Positions 38,134-46,482 of a stretch of DNA of 64,000 bases are shown piece by piece. How positions within the stretch are numbered: the stretch's first letter is position 1; every line of letters begins with the position of its first letter. The position numbers were made by a program, and so were the translations under genes. The notes beneath the pieces are model-generated. The model did no database searches. It had not been told where the DNA came from and was given only the letters and a program-made list of their open reading frames with translations. The stretch spans positions 4,448,001-4,512,000 of the forward strand of contig CBDFJQ010000002.1 in the NCBI GenBank assembly GCA_965248575.1, read 5' to 3'. Source of the stretch: Planctomycetota bacterium (GTDB lineage: Bacteria; Planctomycetota; B15-G4).

Positions 38134-39396
38134 TCAGAAGACGTCGGACAGCAGCACGATCTCATGGGCGTTGCTGGAGGTGAGCCCACTGAGCACGCCG
38201 TCGAAAAACGCCTGCGTGTGGACAGGGAATCCATCCAGCGCCGCAGGGACGAAGGGCGCGGTGATGGACACGTTGAGGGACGGCCCTGGGAGCGTGCCCA
38301 GGAACCGTAGCTTGAGCGGGACACCTGGGACGATCAGCATGTTCTGACCCGGGACGAAGACGGGTGCCGTCACGAATGAGAGTGCCAACCAGGCCTGATC
38401 TCCCGTGCGCGCGGTGACTGTGAGGTTGAGAAGCTGTCCCTCCCGGATGGGTGAATTCGCCGTGAGCAGGCGTGCGCCCCCCGGCACCACCGTTCCCGCT
38501 CCGGACACGAGGTCAAGCGATTGCCCGACGGGGCCATTGAAGCACCCCCCGATACCTGCATTGCCGCCGGGGCCCCCGAAGATGTTGGAGTCCCTGCTCA
38601 CGATTCGGGAGTCCGGGCCCGTCACCACCATCCCCACGCCGCCGGGGCCGCCATTCGTGCAGACGGGGGAGTTGGTCCCGCGTCCTCCCTTCCCACCCCG
38701 CACTTCCCCCTTGTCGAGGAAGAGCCGAGAATCCACGACCAAGATCGCCACCCCGCCTGGTCCGCCCGGGTCCGGCGGCCCGAACACCGCCAAGGGCATG
38801 TTCTTGCCGAGGGCGCCGTCCACCTGTGAGTTGTGGAAGAAAACCTCTGAGCCTTCGAGGCGCATCGATGGTCCGGGGAACAAGGCCTTGGATCCACCCA
38901 GCACGGTGCACGTCATGAGGCTCAAGACGTTGCCCGGCTCCGTACTCACGGCCGGTACCGGTGCCTGCAGCGACATGAAGGTGGAATCGCGCACGAAGAC
39001 CGCACCCTCGTTCGACCGCAGCTCGAGTCGTGACTCGACGAAGTCGAGGGTGCCCGGTTGGAGCGTGGGAATGAAACCGATCAGGGTTGCCGTACTGCCC
39101 GGCGGCAGACCTTCCACGACGAGGGAGCCCGACAACTGGATCTTCGCCCCGCTCTCGGCGGTGATGACCAGGCCCTTGCCCAGCGTGAAGCCCGAGTAGA
39201 TCCCGTCGCGCACCAACAGGATGTCGCCCTGTGCTGCCGAGGCAATCGCGGCGGGCAGGTCGGTGAAGTCTGAACCCGCAAGTCCCGCTGCGTCGACCAC
39301 GAGGACGTCCGCCCGCGCCGTGGAACCGACGCAGCAGCAGATGACAAGGGCGGTTGCCACGAACCGCAGCCAAGAGATGACGATGGATGACTTCAT
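38134..39396 (-). CDS. secreted Gly-rich beta-helix protein with subtype-B C-terminal domain (paralog of 8649-9959)
   Basis: Signal peptide ending ARA-DVLVVD; FTDLPAAIASAAQGDILLVRDGIY cap; GG.GG repeats; ends VHTQAFF....LTSSNAHEIVLLSDVF*. Confidence 0.8.
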   Translation of the reverse strand: MKSSIVISWLRFVATALVICCCVGSTARADVLVVDAAGLAGSDFTDLPAAIASAAQGDILLVRDGIYSGFTLGKGLVITAESGAKIQLSGSLVVEGLPPGSTATLIGFIPTLQPGTLDFVESRLELRSNEGAVFVRDSTFMSLQAPVPAVSTEPGNVLSLMTCTVLGGSKALFPGPSMRLEGSEVFFHNSQVDGALGKNMPLAVFGPPDPGGPGGVAILVVDSRLFLDKGEVRGGKGGRGTNSPVCTNGGPGGVGMVVTGPDSRIVSRDSNIFGGPGGNAGIGGCFNGPVGQSLDLVSGAGTVVPGGARLLTANSPIREGQLLNLTVTARTGDQAWLALSFVTAPVFVPGQNMLIVPGVPLKLRFLGTLPGPSLNVSITAPFVPAALDGFPVHTQAFFDGVLSGLTSSNAHEIVLLSDVF

Positions 39397-39518
39397 GTGG
39401 ATCTCCCTTTGCCGGTTGGCCCTGGGCTGCTGGACCGCTGACCAGATCGGCTCTTACTCTACCCGGCATCAGGGATCGTGGGGGTCTTCCGTCCGGCCTT
39501 GGGGACCGACCTGGACGG

Positions 39519-42014
39519 CTAGCGACCCGCGCCGGCCAGCGACTCGATGGCGGTGTCGCACTCGCCCAGCTCACCCCGTAGCTCGTCGGGCACACCGGCA
39601 TCCGCGGGCAGCAGGAAACCGCGCGCCTCCATCGACACGAAGACGTCCAGCGAACGCTTCAGCCACGTGCGCGTCGACCTCCATCCGGCGAGGCGATCCG
39701 CATCGGGCAGCGCCTGATTGGTCACGCGCGTACGCTCCCACTCGCCCTGCTTGTAGAGCGCGACGCCGAGCCTCCGCTGGTACGCACCGTTGGTCTCGTC
39801 CAGGGTCACCAGCTCCTCGGCCAGACCCAGGTAGCGGTCGAAACACCGCCGCGCCTGCTCCGGACGCGACGTCGCCAGGTACAGCTCGCCGAGCTTGTTG
39901 CACGCTCCCGACAAGGTCATGTGCGCCTGGGCGTTTTGCGGGTCGGCGGCCACGAGCGCCTCACCCGCGGTGACCGCCAGGCGGTGCTTCTCCAGGGCCT
40001 CGTCGGTCCGCCCGAGCTCGACCAGCAGCTCCCCGAAGCGCCCGGCACCCACCATGAGGTCGCGCTGCGCCACCGCGTTCGCGTGCTGCGCCGCGGGCTG
40101 TGCAAAGCTCAGGAAGCGCTGATAGTGATCGAGCGCCTCGTCGGTCCGGCCCAGCGAGACGTATACGCTCCCCAACTCCAGCAGTTGCACGGCGTGCGCA
40201 CGGCCCGGCTCCCACTCCCCCGGACGCCGCTCCGTCTCCGCGCGCGTCATCTCCTCCGTCCGCAGGTAGTGCTGCAAGGCTTGCTCGAGTTGCCCCTGCT
40301 CGACCAGCGTGTCCGCGATGCGCTCCACGCTCCTCACCTTCTCGTCCACCGTCGCGTCCGCGCACGAGAACACCAGCTGCTCTGCCTCGCGGTACGTCGC
40401 CAGCGCCTCGTCCAGTTGCCCGCGCCACAGCAGCACATCGCCCAGTCGCATCAGCGTGAGCGACCGGCTGCGCTGCAGTGAGCTGGATGGAGGAGGCAAC
40501 GACATGAGCCGGTCGATCAGCACCAGCGCTTGCTCGTAGCTGCGCTTCGCACCCTCCATGTCGCCCAGGTTCGGCAGGTTGGGTGCGCCCTGGATGTCCC
40601 CGATGGCCGCGTAGGCGCCGATCAGGTCGTCGAGCAGGACGGGGTCGTCACCGGCGTCGGCGGCCAGCTTGTCCAGGTACTCGACGCCGGACTCCACCAG
40701 CATCTCGCGCGCTGGCAGCGTCCCTGGCACGTTCCGCATGGCCGCCTCGATGTCGAAGATGAGGATGTGCGCCAGCTCCCGCACGTCGTCGAAGCGTTGC
40801 TCGGCCAGCTGCTGTTGCTCACGCGCCTCCATCCATTGCCACAGCGTCGTGCCGAAGCCGATCGCCAGCGTGACCAGCACCGCCGCGGCCAGTGTGACCA
40901 ACGTACGGTGGCGCCGCGTGAACTTGCGCAGCTGGTAGATGGTGCTGGGCGGATGGGCGGCGATGGGCTCGTCGCCGAGGAAGCGCCGCACGTCATCGGC
41001 CAGCGCACGGGCCGATGCGTAGCGCCGTGCCTTCTCCTTCTCGAGCGCCTTGCCGGCCAGCGTGCTCAGGTCGCCTTGGAAGAGCACGTCGAGCTGCCCG
41101 AGCGGCCGGGCGTCCTGTTCGCGGATGATGCGCGACGACTCGTGGACGGTCTGCCCGGCGAGGTCGTAGGGGAACTCGCCGGACAGCATCTCGAACAGGA
41201 TGACGCCCAGCGAATAGACGTCCGACCGCGGGTCGAGCGCGAGCGGGTTGCCAGAGGCCTGCTCCGGGCTCATGTACTCGATGGTCCCCACCAGCTCGCC
41301 TGCGTTCGTGCGCAGCGTGTCGCCCTGGAGGTTGGCGTCGGTGGCGCGCGCGACGCCGAAGTCCACGATGCGCGGCTGCGGTCCGGCGTCGGTGCTCTCG
41401 ACCAGGATGTTGCTGGGCTTCAGATCGCGATGGATGACACCGTGGCGGTGCGCGTGCTCCACGGCATCGCAGATCGCCGCGAACAGCCGCAGCCGCCCAG
41501 GTACGTCCAGCCGGGCCGCTGCCACGAACTCGTTCAACGACTGGCCGTTGACCAGCTCCATGGCGATGAAGGGGACGCCGTCGTACAGACCCGCCTCGTA
41601 CACGCGCGCGATCCCCGGGTGGCGCAAGCGGCCCAGCAGCTCCGCCTCGCGTTCGAAGCGGCGCAGCAACCGCTCGTCGGCGAGACGCCAGCGCATGACC
41701 TTCAGCGCGACCTCCCGCTTCGGGTGATCCTGCTCGGCCCGGTACACGATTCCCATGCCGCCGTGACCGAGGGTGTCGACGATGGCGTAGGGGCCGATGC
41801 GCTCGGGTTGCCCTGAGGCGCCCGCGAGCCGGAAGCTGCTTCCCAGAGCAGGTTCGTCCAGCATGTCGTGTTGTGCGTGCTGCAACAGCTCCTCGACCTC
41901 GCGGCGCAAGTCCGGGTCGTGCGCGCAGGCCTCGTCCAGCCGAGTAGTCTGCGCTGCCGGATCCAAGCCGCGGACCTCGTGGAACAGGCGCTCGACGTCT
42001 TCGAATCGGCTCAC
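39519..42014 (-). CDS. Hanks-type Ser/Thr kinase with transmembrane segment and TPR repeats (831 aa)
   Basis: GHGGMG, VALK, HRDLKPSN, DFG, YMSPEQ, DVYSLG; transmembrane helix; TPR-like helical repeats; GTG start overlaps the ECF stop (GTGA). Confidence 0.95.
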   Translation of the reverse strand: MSRFEDVERLFHEVRGLDPAAQTTRLDEACAHDPDLRREVEELLQHAQHDMLDEPALGSSFRLAGASGQPERIGPYAIVDTLGHGGMGIVYRAEQDHPKREVALKVMRWRLADERLLRRFEREAELLGRLRHPGIARVYEAGLYDGVPFIAMELVNGQSLNEFVAAARLDVPGRLRLFAAICDAVEHAHRHGVIHRDLKPSNILVESTDAGPQPRIVDFGVARATDANLQGDTLRTNAGELVGTIEYMSPEQASGNPLALDPRSDVYSLGVILFEMLSGEFPYDLAGQTVHESSRIIREQDARPLGQLDVLFQGDLSTLAGKALEKEKARRYASARALADDVRRFLGDEPIAAHPPSTIYQLRKFTRRHRTLVTLAAAVLVTLAIGFGTTLWQWMEAREQQQLAEQRFDDVRELAHILIFDIEAAMRNVPGTLPAREMLVESGVEYLDKLAADAGDDPVLLDDLIGAYAAIGDIQGAPNLPNLGDMEGAKRSYEQALVLIDRLMSLPPPSSSLQRSRSLTLMRLGDVLLWRGQLDEALATYREAEQLVFSCADATVDEKVRSVERIADTLVEQGQLEQALQHYLRTEEMTRAETERRPGEWEPGRAHAVQLLELGSVYVSLGRTDEALDHYQRFLSFAQPAAQHANAVAQRDLMVGAGRFGELLVELGRTDEALEKHRLAVTAGEALVAADPQNAQAHMTLSGACNKLGELYLATSRPEQARRCFDRYLGLAEELVTLDETNGAYQRRLGVALYKQGEWERTRVTNQALPDADRLAGWRSTRTWLKRSLDVFVSMEARGFLLPADAGVPDELRGELGECDTAIESLAGAGR

Positions 42015-42529
42015 GACCGGCTCAGCTCGCGGTGCAGCCAGGCACGGGCCATCGCCCACTCGTTCTCAACCGTCGATGTACTGACGGAGAGCGAGGCGGC
42101 CGTCTCAGCGATGGTCAGCCCGCCGAAGTAGCGCAGCTCCGCGACACGTGCCTTGCGCGCGTCATGGCCTGCGAGCTTCTCCAGGGCTTCGTCGAGGGCC
42201 AGCAGGTCGACGCACTCCTCGGGCGCCTGCTCGGGCAACCCACTCAACGTGACGCGTTCCCTGGCTTGGCCGCCGCCGCGCTTCACGGCGTTCTTGGTCC
42301 GTGCGTGGTCCACCAGCACGCGTCGGATCGCCCCCGAGGCGGCGACCAGGAAGTCGCGCTCGCCCTGGAAGCGGATGCGGTCCAACCTGGCCAGCCGCAT
42401 GTAGGCCTCGTGCGCCAGGGCCGTCGCCTGAAGCGTGTGGCCCGGGCGCTCATTCGCGAGGTGGTGGGCCGCCAGTGCGCGCAGCTCGTCGTAGACGAGA
42501 GGGATCAGGTCCGCTGGATCGCGTGTCAT
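42011..42529 (-). CDS. ECF sigma factor, kinase-associated (Planctomycete/TIGR02999-like) type (172 aa)
   Basis: LIPLVYDELR.LA....ERPGHTLQATALAHEAY...R.VLVDHAR.K...KRGG...LDEAL..L...ELRYFGGL....A......V..EW..ARAWL. Confidence 0.92.
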   Translation of the reverse strand: MTRDPADLIPLVYDELRALAAHHLANERPGHTLQATALAHEAYMRLARLDRIRFQGERDFLVAASGAIRRVLVDHARTKNAVKRGGGQARERVTLSGLPEQAPEECVDLLALDEALEKLAGHDARKARVAELRYFGGLTIAETAASLSVSTSTVENEWAMARAWLHRELSRS

Positions 42530-42737
42530 GTGCCCGGCGCCGGAAGAAAAGGCGAGAAAGCCGCCGAAATCCCTGGGGAGTCGGCGACCCACTTTCGCCT
42601 GACTGTCCAGGTACGGCAAGAGGCACGGCACGCAGGAGCACGAATTCACTCCTGATCAACGACCTCAGCCGTCGACCGACACCGGCGCGAGGACACGCAG
42701 GCCGGCCGTCGTCTCACATCGCAGGAGGCCTCTGGCC

Positions 42738-45080
42738 ATGACACACCGACTCATCACGACACTCGCTCTCGCACTGGCCCTGCTCGTCAGCACGGCCGAC
42801 GCTGCGCTGCGCGACGCGGAAGATGGCTACCGGGTGCACGATCCGGGCCAGCAGTGGCAGACGCACTTCGACGGCAGCGGCTTCACGACACGGCCCGATG
42901 CGGGCGCATGGACCTGGGGGCTGCAGCTGGTGCGCTACGGGTTCGCCGGGCAGGAGCGTGACGTCGTGCGACCGATGCGCACGGCCGCCGAGGGCTCGCG
43001 CATCGCCTACGATTGGGACGCGACGTTGCAGGAGTGGTACGTCAACGACGCGCGCGGTCTGGAGCACGGCTACACCGTCCACCATCGGCCGGAGGGTGAC
43101 GGCGATGACCGTGGGCCGCTCAGCTTCACGCTCGCGGTGCGCGGCGGGCTGATCCCGAGCGTGGCGTCCGACGGGCGGAGCGTGCGCTTCACCGACGGCA
43201 TCGTCACGGTGGTCACGTACTCGGGGCTGACGGTCTTTGATGCAACCGGGACGATCCTCCCCGCGCGTCTTGAGCTCGCACCCGAAGGGCTGCGGCTGAC
43301 CGTGGAGGAGCGCGGCGCGCTTTACCCGCTGACCATCGACCCCATCGCACAGCAGGGCTACCTCAAGCCGACGCACCCCGGCGCGGGCGACTTTTTCGGC
43401 AGCGCGGTGGCAGTGTCCGGTGACACGGTCGTGATCGGGGCGGCCTCCGAGGACAGCAACGCCACCGGCATCAACGGTGACCTGAGCGACAACAGCGCGG
43501 CGAACTCCGGCGCGGCCTACGTCTACGTGCGAGACGGTCTGGGCTGGGTCCTGCAGGCCGAGCTCAAGGCCTCCAACGCCGATGTCGGCGACTTCTTTGG
43601 CACCTCAGTTTCCATCTCCGATGACACGGTGGTGATCGGCGCGCGAGGGGAGAAGAGCAACGCCACCGGCGTCGACGGAGACCAGACCAACAACTCCTCC
43701 TTCTCCGCCGGCGCGGCCTACGTGTTCGTGCGGACGGGGACGACCTGGAGTCAGCAGGCATATCTCAAGGGCTCCAATACGGAGGTCAGTGACTCCTTCG
43801 GCAGCTCCGTCTCAGTCTCGGGCGACACGGTGCTTGTCGGGGCGACGCGCGAGGACAGCAACGCCACCGGAATCGACGGCGATCAGGCCGACAACAGTCT
43901 CTTGGGGTCCGGCGCGGTCTACGTGTTCGTGCGCAGCGGTACGGCGTGGAGCCAGCAGGCCTACCTCAAGGCTTCCAACGCCGGAGCTGCCGACTCGTTC
44001 GGCGACTCCCTGATGATCTCGGGAGACACCGTGGTGGTCGGAGCCACCATGGAAGCCAGCAACGCACTCGGCGTGGACGGCGATGAGACCGACGACAGCG
44101 CCGCGCAGGCCGGAGCGTCGTACGTCTTCGTTCGCAGCGGGACGACTTGGAGCCAGCAGGCCTATCTCAAGGCGTCCAACACGGCCTTCGACCAGAGGTT
44201 TGGTGCATCGGTCTCCGTTTCTGGCGAGACGCTGGTGGTCGGGGCGCCCTTCGAGAGCACGCCGATCACATGGGTAGGCGCCGCCTACGTGTTCGTGCGC
44301 AGCGGCACGACGTGGAGCCAGCAGGCCTACCTCAAGGCATCCAACATCGGCGGCTTCGACGCCTTCGGGACTTCCGTGTCGCTGTCCGGTGAGACTCTGT
44401 TGATCGGGGCGCTCGGCGAGGGCAGTGACGCCACCGGTGTGAACGGCAACCAGAACAACAGCAACGCCGTCGCGTCCGGTGCGGCCTACGTGTTCACGCG
44501 CAGCGGCACGACCTGGAATCAACAGACATACCTCAAGGCCTCCAATACGGGGAAGAGCGACCAGTTCGGCTGCGAGGTGGCGCTCTCGGCTGGGATGGTG
44601 GTGATCGGGGCGCCCCACGAGGACAGCAACGGCTCCGGCGTGAACGGCGACCAGTTTGACAACAGTTTCGCGTCGGCCGGCGCGGCGTACCTCTTCGACC
44701 TGGCGTCCCCGCCGTTCACGGACCTGGGTGGAGCGTCGCCGGGTGTCGCGGGCCTGCCGAACCTCACGGGGACCGGTACGCTTGTCGGCGGCAGTCAGTA
44801 CTCGCTGACGCTGACCAACACGCCGCCCGATGCGCGACTGGTCGGCTGGTTCTCCTTCGCACCGACGGCGTTCCCGGCGCTGGGTGGAACGGTGCACGCG
44901 TTCCCCTACCAGAACGAGCTGCAGTTCGTCGCCGACGCCACGGGTTCCTTCATGGCGACGTCCATGTGGCCGGTGGGCTTACCCGCCTGCACCAACGTCT
45001 GGTTCCAGTTCATCGTGGAGGACCTGACCTCCGTGGACGGCATTACGCTTTCGAATGGTCTGATCGCGACGACCCCATAA
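42738..45080 (+). CDS. secreted FG-GAP (integrin-alpha-like) propeller protein with shared C-terminal domain
   Basis: AGGAGG RBS; signal peptide; N-domain with EWYVN..RGLEHG and YPLTIDP; about 7 repeats FG.SV.VSGDT..(V/I)GA..E....GAAYVF.R.GTTWSQQAYLKASN; shared domain at 44715-45080. Confidence 0.9.
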   Translation: MTHRLITTLALALALLVSTADAALRDAEDGYRVHDPGQQWQTHFDGSGFTTRPDAGAWTWGLQLVRYGFAGQERDVVRPMRTAAEGSRIAYDWDATLQEWYVNDARGLEHGYTVHHRPEGDGDDRGPLSFTLAVRGGLIPSVASDGRSVRFTDGIVTVVTYSGLTVFDATGTILPARLELAPEGLRLTVEERGALYPLTIDPIAQQGYLKPTHPGAGDFFGSAVAVSGDTVVIGAASEDSNATGINGDLSDNSAANSGAAYVYVRDGLGWVLQAELKASNADVGDFFGTSVSISDDTVVIGARGEKSNATGVDGDQTNNSSFSAGAAYVFVRTGTTWSQQAYLKGSNTEVSDSFGSSVSVSGDTVLVGATREDSNATGIDGDQADNSLLGSGAVYVFVRSGTAWSQQAYLKASNAGAADSFGDSLMISGDTVVVGATMEASNALGVDGDETDDSAAQAGASYVFVRSGTTWSQQAYLKASNTAFDQRFGASVSVSGETLVVGAPFESTPITWVGAAYVFVRSGTTWSQQAYLKASNIGGFDAFGTSVSLSGETLLIGALGEGSDATGVNGNQNNSNAVASGAAYVFTRSGTTWNQQTYLKASNTGKSDQFGCEVALSAGMVVIGAPHEDSNGSGVNGDQFDNSFASAGAAYLFDLASPPFTDLGGASPGVAGLPNLTGTGTLVGGSQYSLTLTNTPPDARLVGWFSFAPTAFPALGGTVHAFPYQNELQFVADATGSFMATSMWPVGLPACTNVWFQFIVEDLTSVDGITLSNGLIATTP

Positions 45081-45115
45081 AGTCGCGCTCCCCGGGTAGC
45101 ACGGTCTCCGGCGGG

Positions 45116-46132
45116 TCAGGCCTTGGCTGCCAGCGTGTCCTGGTGCTTGCGGGCGGCCTTGCGGGCCATGTCCACGGCCATTCCCATCGCGTCGTTGGCC
45201 TTGCACTTGACGTCGGGAACGACGCCAGTGCCTTCCCAGTTGGTGCCCGTGATCGGATTGATGGCGCGGCCGAGCGAGATGAAGATTCCCAACTCGTCAT
45301 TCACCGGAAAGCTGCCGCCGGGGTGTGCGCCGCCGCCGGTGGTCTCGCCCACGAGCGTCGCGCGTTCGAGGCACTTCAGGTTGTAGGAGCACTCCTCGGC
45401 AGCCGAGAAGGTGTTGCGGCTGGTGAGCACGAACACAGGCACGTCTGGCATGCGCGGACCGGGCAGGTCCTCGGTCGACAGCGTCCAGAACTCCTGCGTC
45501 TCCTCGGTTTCGCGCCAGTAGAGGCTGTTGAGGTGCGTCGGCTCGTCGAAGAAGTAGCTGCACACAATCTGAACCATCTCCGGGTCGCCGCCGCCGTTCT
45601 GCCGCAGGTCCACGATGATGGCGTCCGAGTTGCCCAGGAAGCTCATCGCGCTCATGGCGGTCTCACGCGCGTGCTCCGGTGATTGGAACGAACGCAGGTC
45701 CAGGAGACCAACGTTGTCCGGCAGCCGCAGAACATTCTCGAAGCCGAAGTTCTCGATCCGGCCACGTGCCCACTGACGCTGCTCCCAGGCTTCCAGCTCC
45801 TCGGCTGTGGGTTCCGGAGGCGGCGGTGCCTGCGGCCGGACGCGCAGGTGCAGGTCATGCGTGACTTCCTGCAGGGTCTCGGTGAGCAGCATGGCAAAGG
45901 CTTCGTTGTTGGATGCGTTGAGCTCACCCGCGGCGAGGGCTTCATCGAGCCGCACCGCGCATTCGGCTCCCTTCTCGGGGAACACGTAGCGTTCGGTCAT
46001 GAGCTTGCCGATGGTGGCGACGGCCTCTGCGCGATCCTCTGCGCCAAGAGCCTGCGCGCCGGCAGAGGGCGCGGCGCTGACGGCCAGTAGCGCGGCACAC
46101 AGCAGCACGGGGATGGGGCGGACGGTGGTCAT
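45116..46132 (-). CDS. exported S41-family peptidase (IRBP-like, 338 aa)
   Basis: GGAGAG RBS; signal peptide; D.HL, IIVDLRQNGGG, catalytic TFSAAE, GETTGGG, WEGTGV.PD. Confidence 0.92.
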   Translation of the reverse strand: MTTVRPIPVLLCAALLAVSAAPSAGAQALGAEDRAEAVATIGKLMTERYVFPEKGAECAVRLDEALAAGELNASNNEAFAMLLTETLQEVTHDLHLRVRPQAPPPPEPTAEELEAWEQRQWARGRIENFGFENVLRLPDNVGLLDLRSFQSPEHARETAMSAMSFLGNSDAIIVDLRQNGGGDPEMVQIVCSYFFDEPTHLNSLYWRETEETQEFWTLSTEDLPGPRMPDVPVFVLTSRNTFSAAEECSYNLKCLERATLVGETTGGGAHPGGSFPVNDELGIFISLGRAINPITGTNWEGTGVVPDVKCKANDAMGMAVDMARKAARKHQDTLAAKA

Positions 46133-46288
46133 GGGCTCTCTCCAGGCGAGTTGACGAGGCACCCTACGGTCTCGCCGCGCTTCCGTGGGCATGTGGGCAG
46201 CAAGGTCACAAGGGCGACAGCTCTCCTCCCGCATCCGCCTGTTTGTGCGGGCAATCGTGGTTCAGAGGCGATTCTGGGAGGGCCGGCG

Positions 46289-46338
46289 TCAGTCCTGTCA
46301 CGCTAGCGGTCGAGGGATCGAGCCCTTCACCCGCGCCA
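46289..46338 (+). pseudogene. degenerate tRNA 3' half, possible old integration (att) scar
   Basis: ...CTGTCACGCTAGCGGTCGAGGGATCGAGCCCTTCACCCGCGCCA: T-arm GAGGG/CCCTT, degenerate T-loop, acceptor strand plus CCA; no 5' half. Confidence 0.55.
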
Positions 46339-46482
46339 TTCCCAACTTTAGCCGAACGCTGGACTGAGCCCACCCGCCCCGTCTGGGGCGGTGCAGCCTT
46401 CGATCACCCGTGATGGGTAGACTCTCGGGCGTTGCGTGTCCTTGTGATGCATCGGGTCTGCCGGACTTTCGTGAGGCAAGAC

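Noticed and set aside
43340..44700. Near-identical DNA repeats (TGGAGCCAGCAGGCCTACCTCAAGGC) every ~150-190 bp
   Set aside because: These are in-frame FG-GAP protein repeats, not CRISPR or DGR repeats; no cas or reverse transcriptase gene is present.
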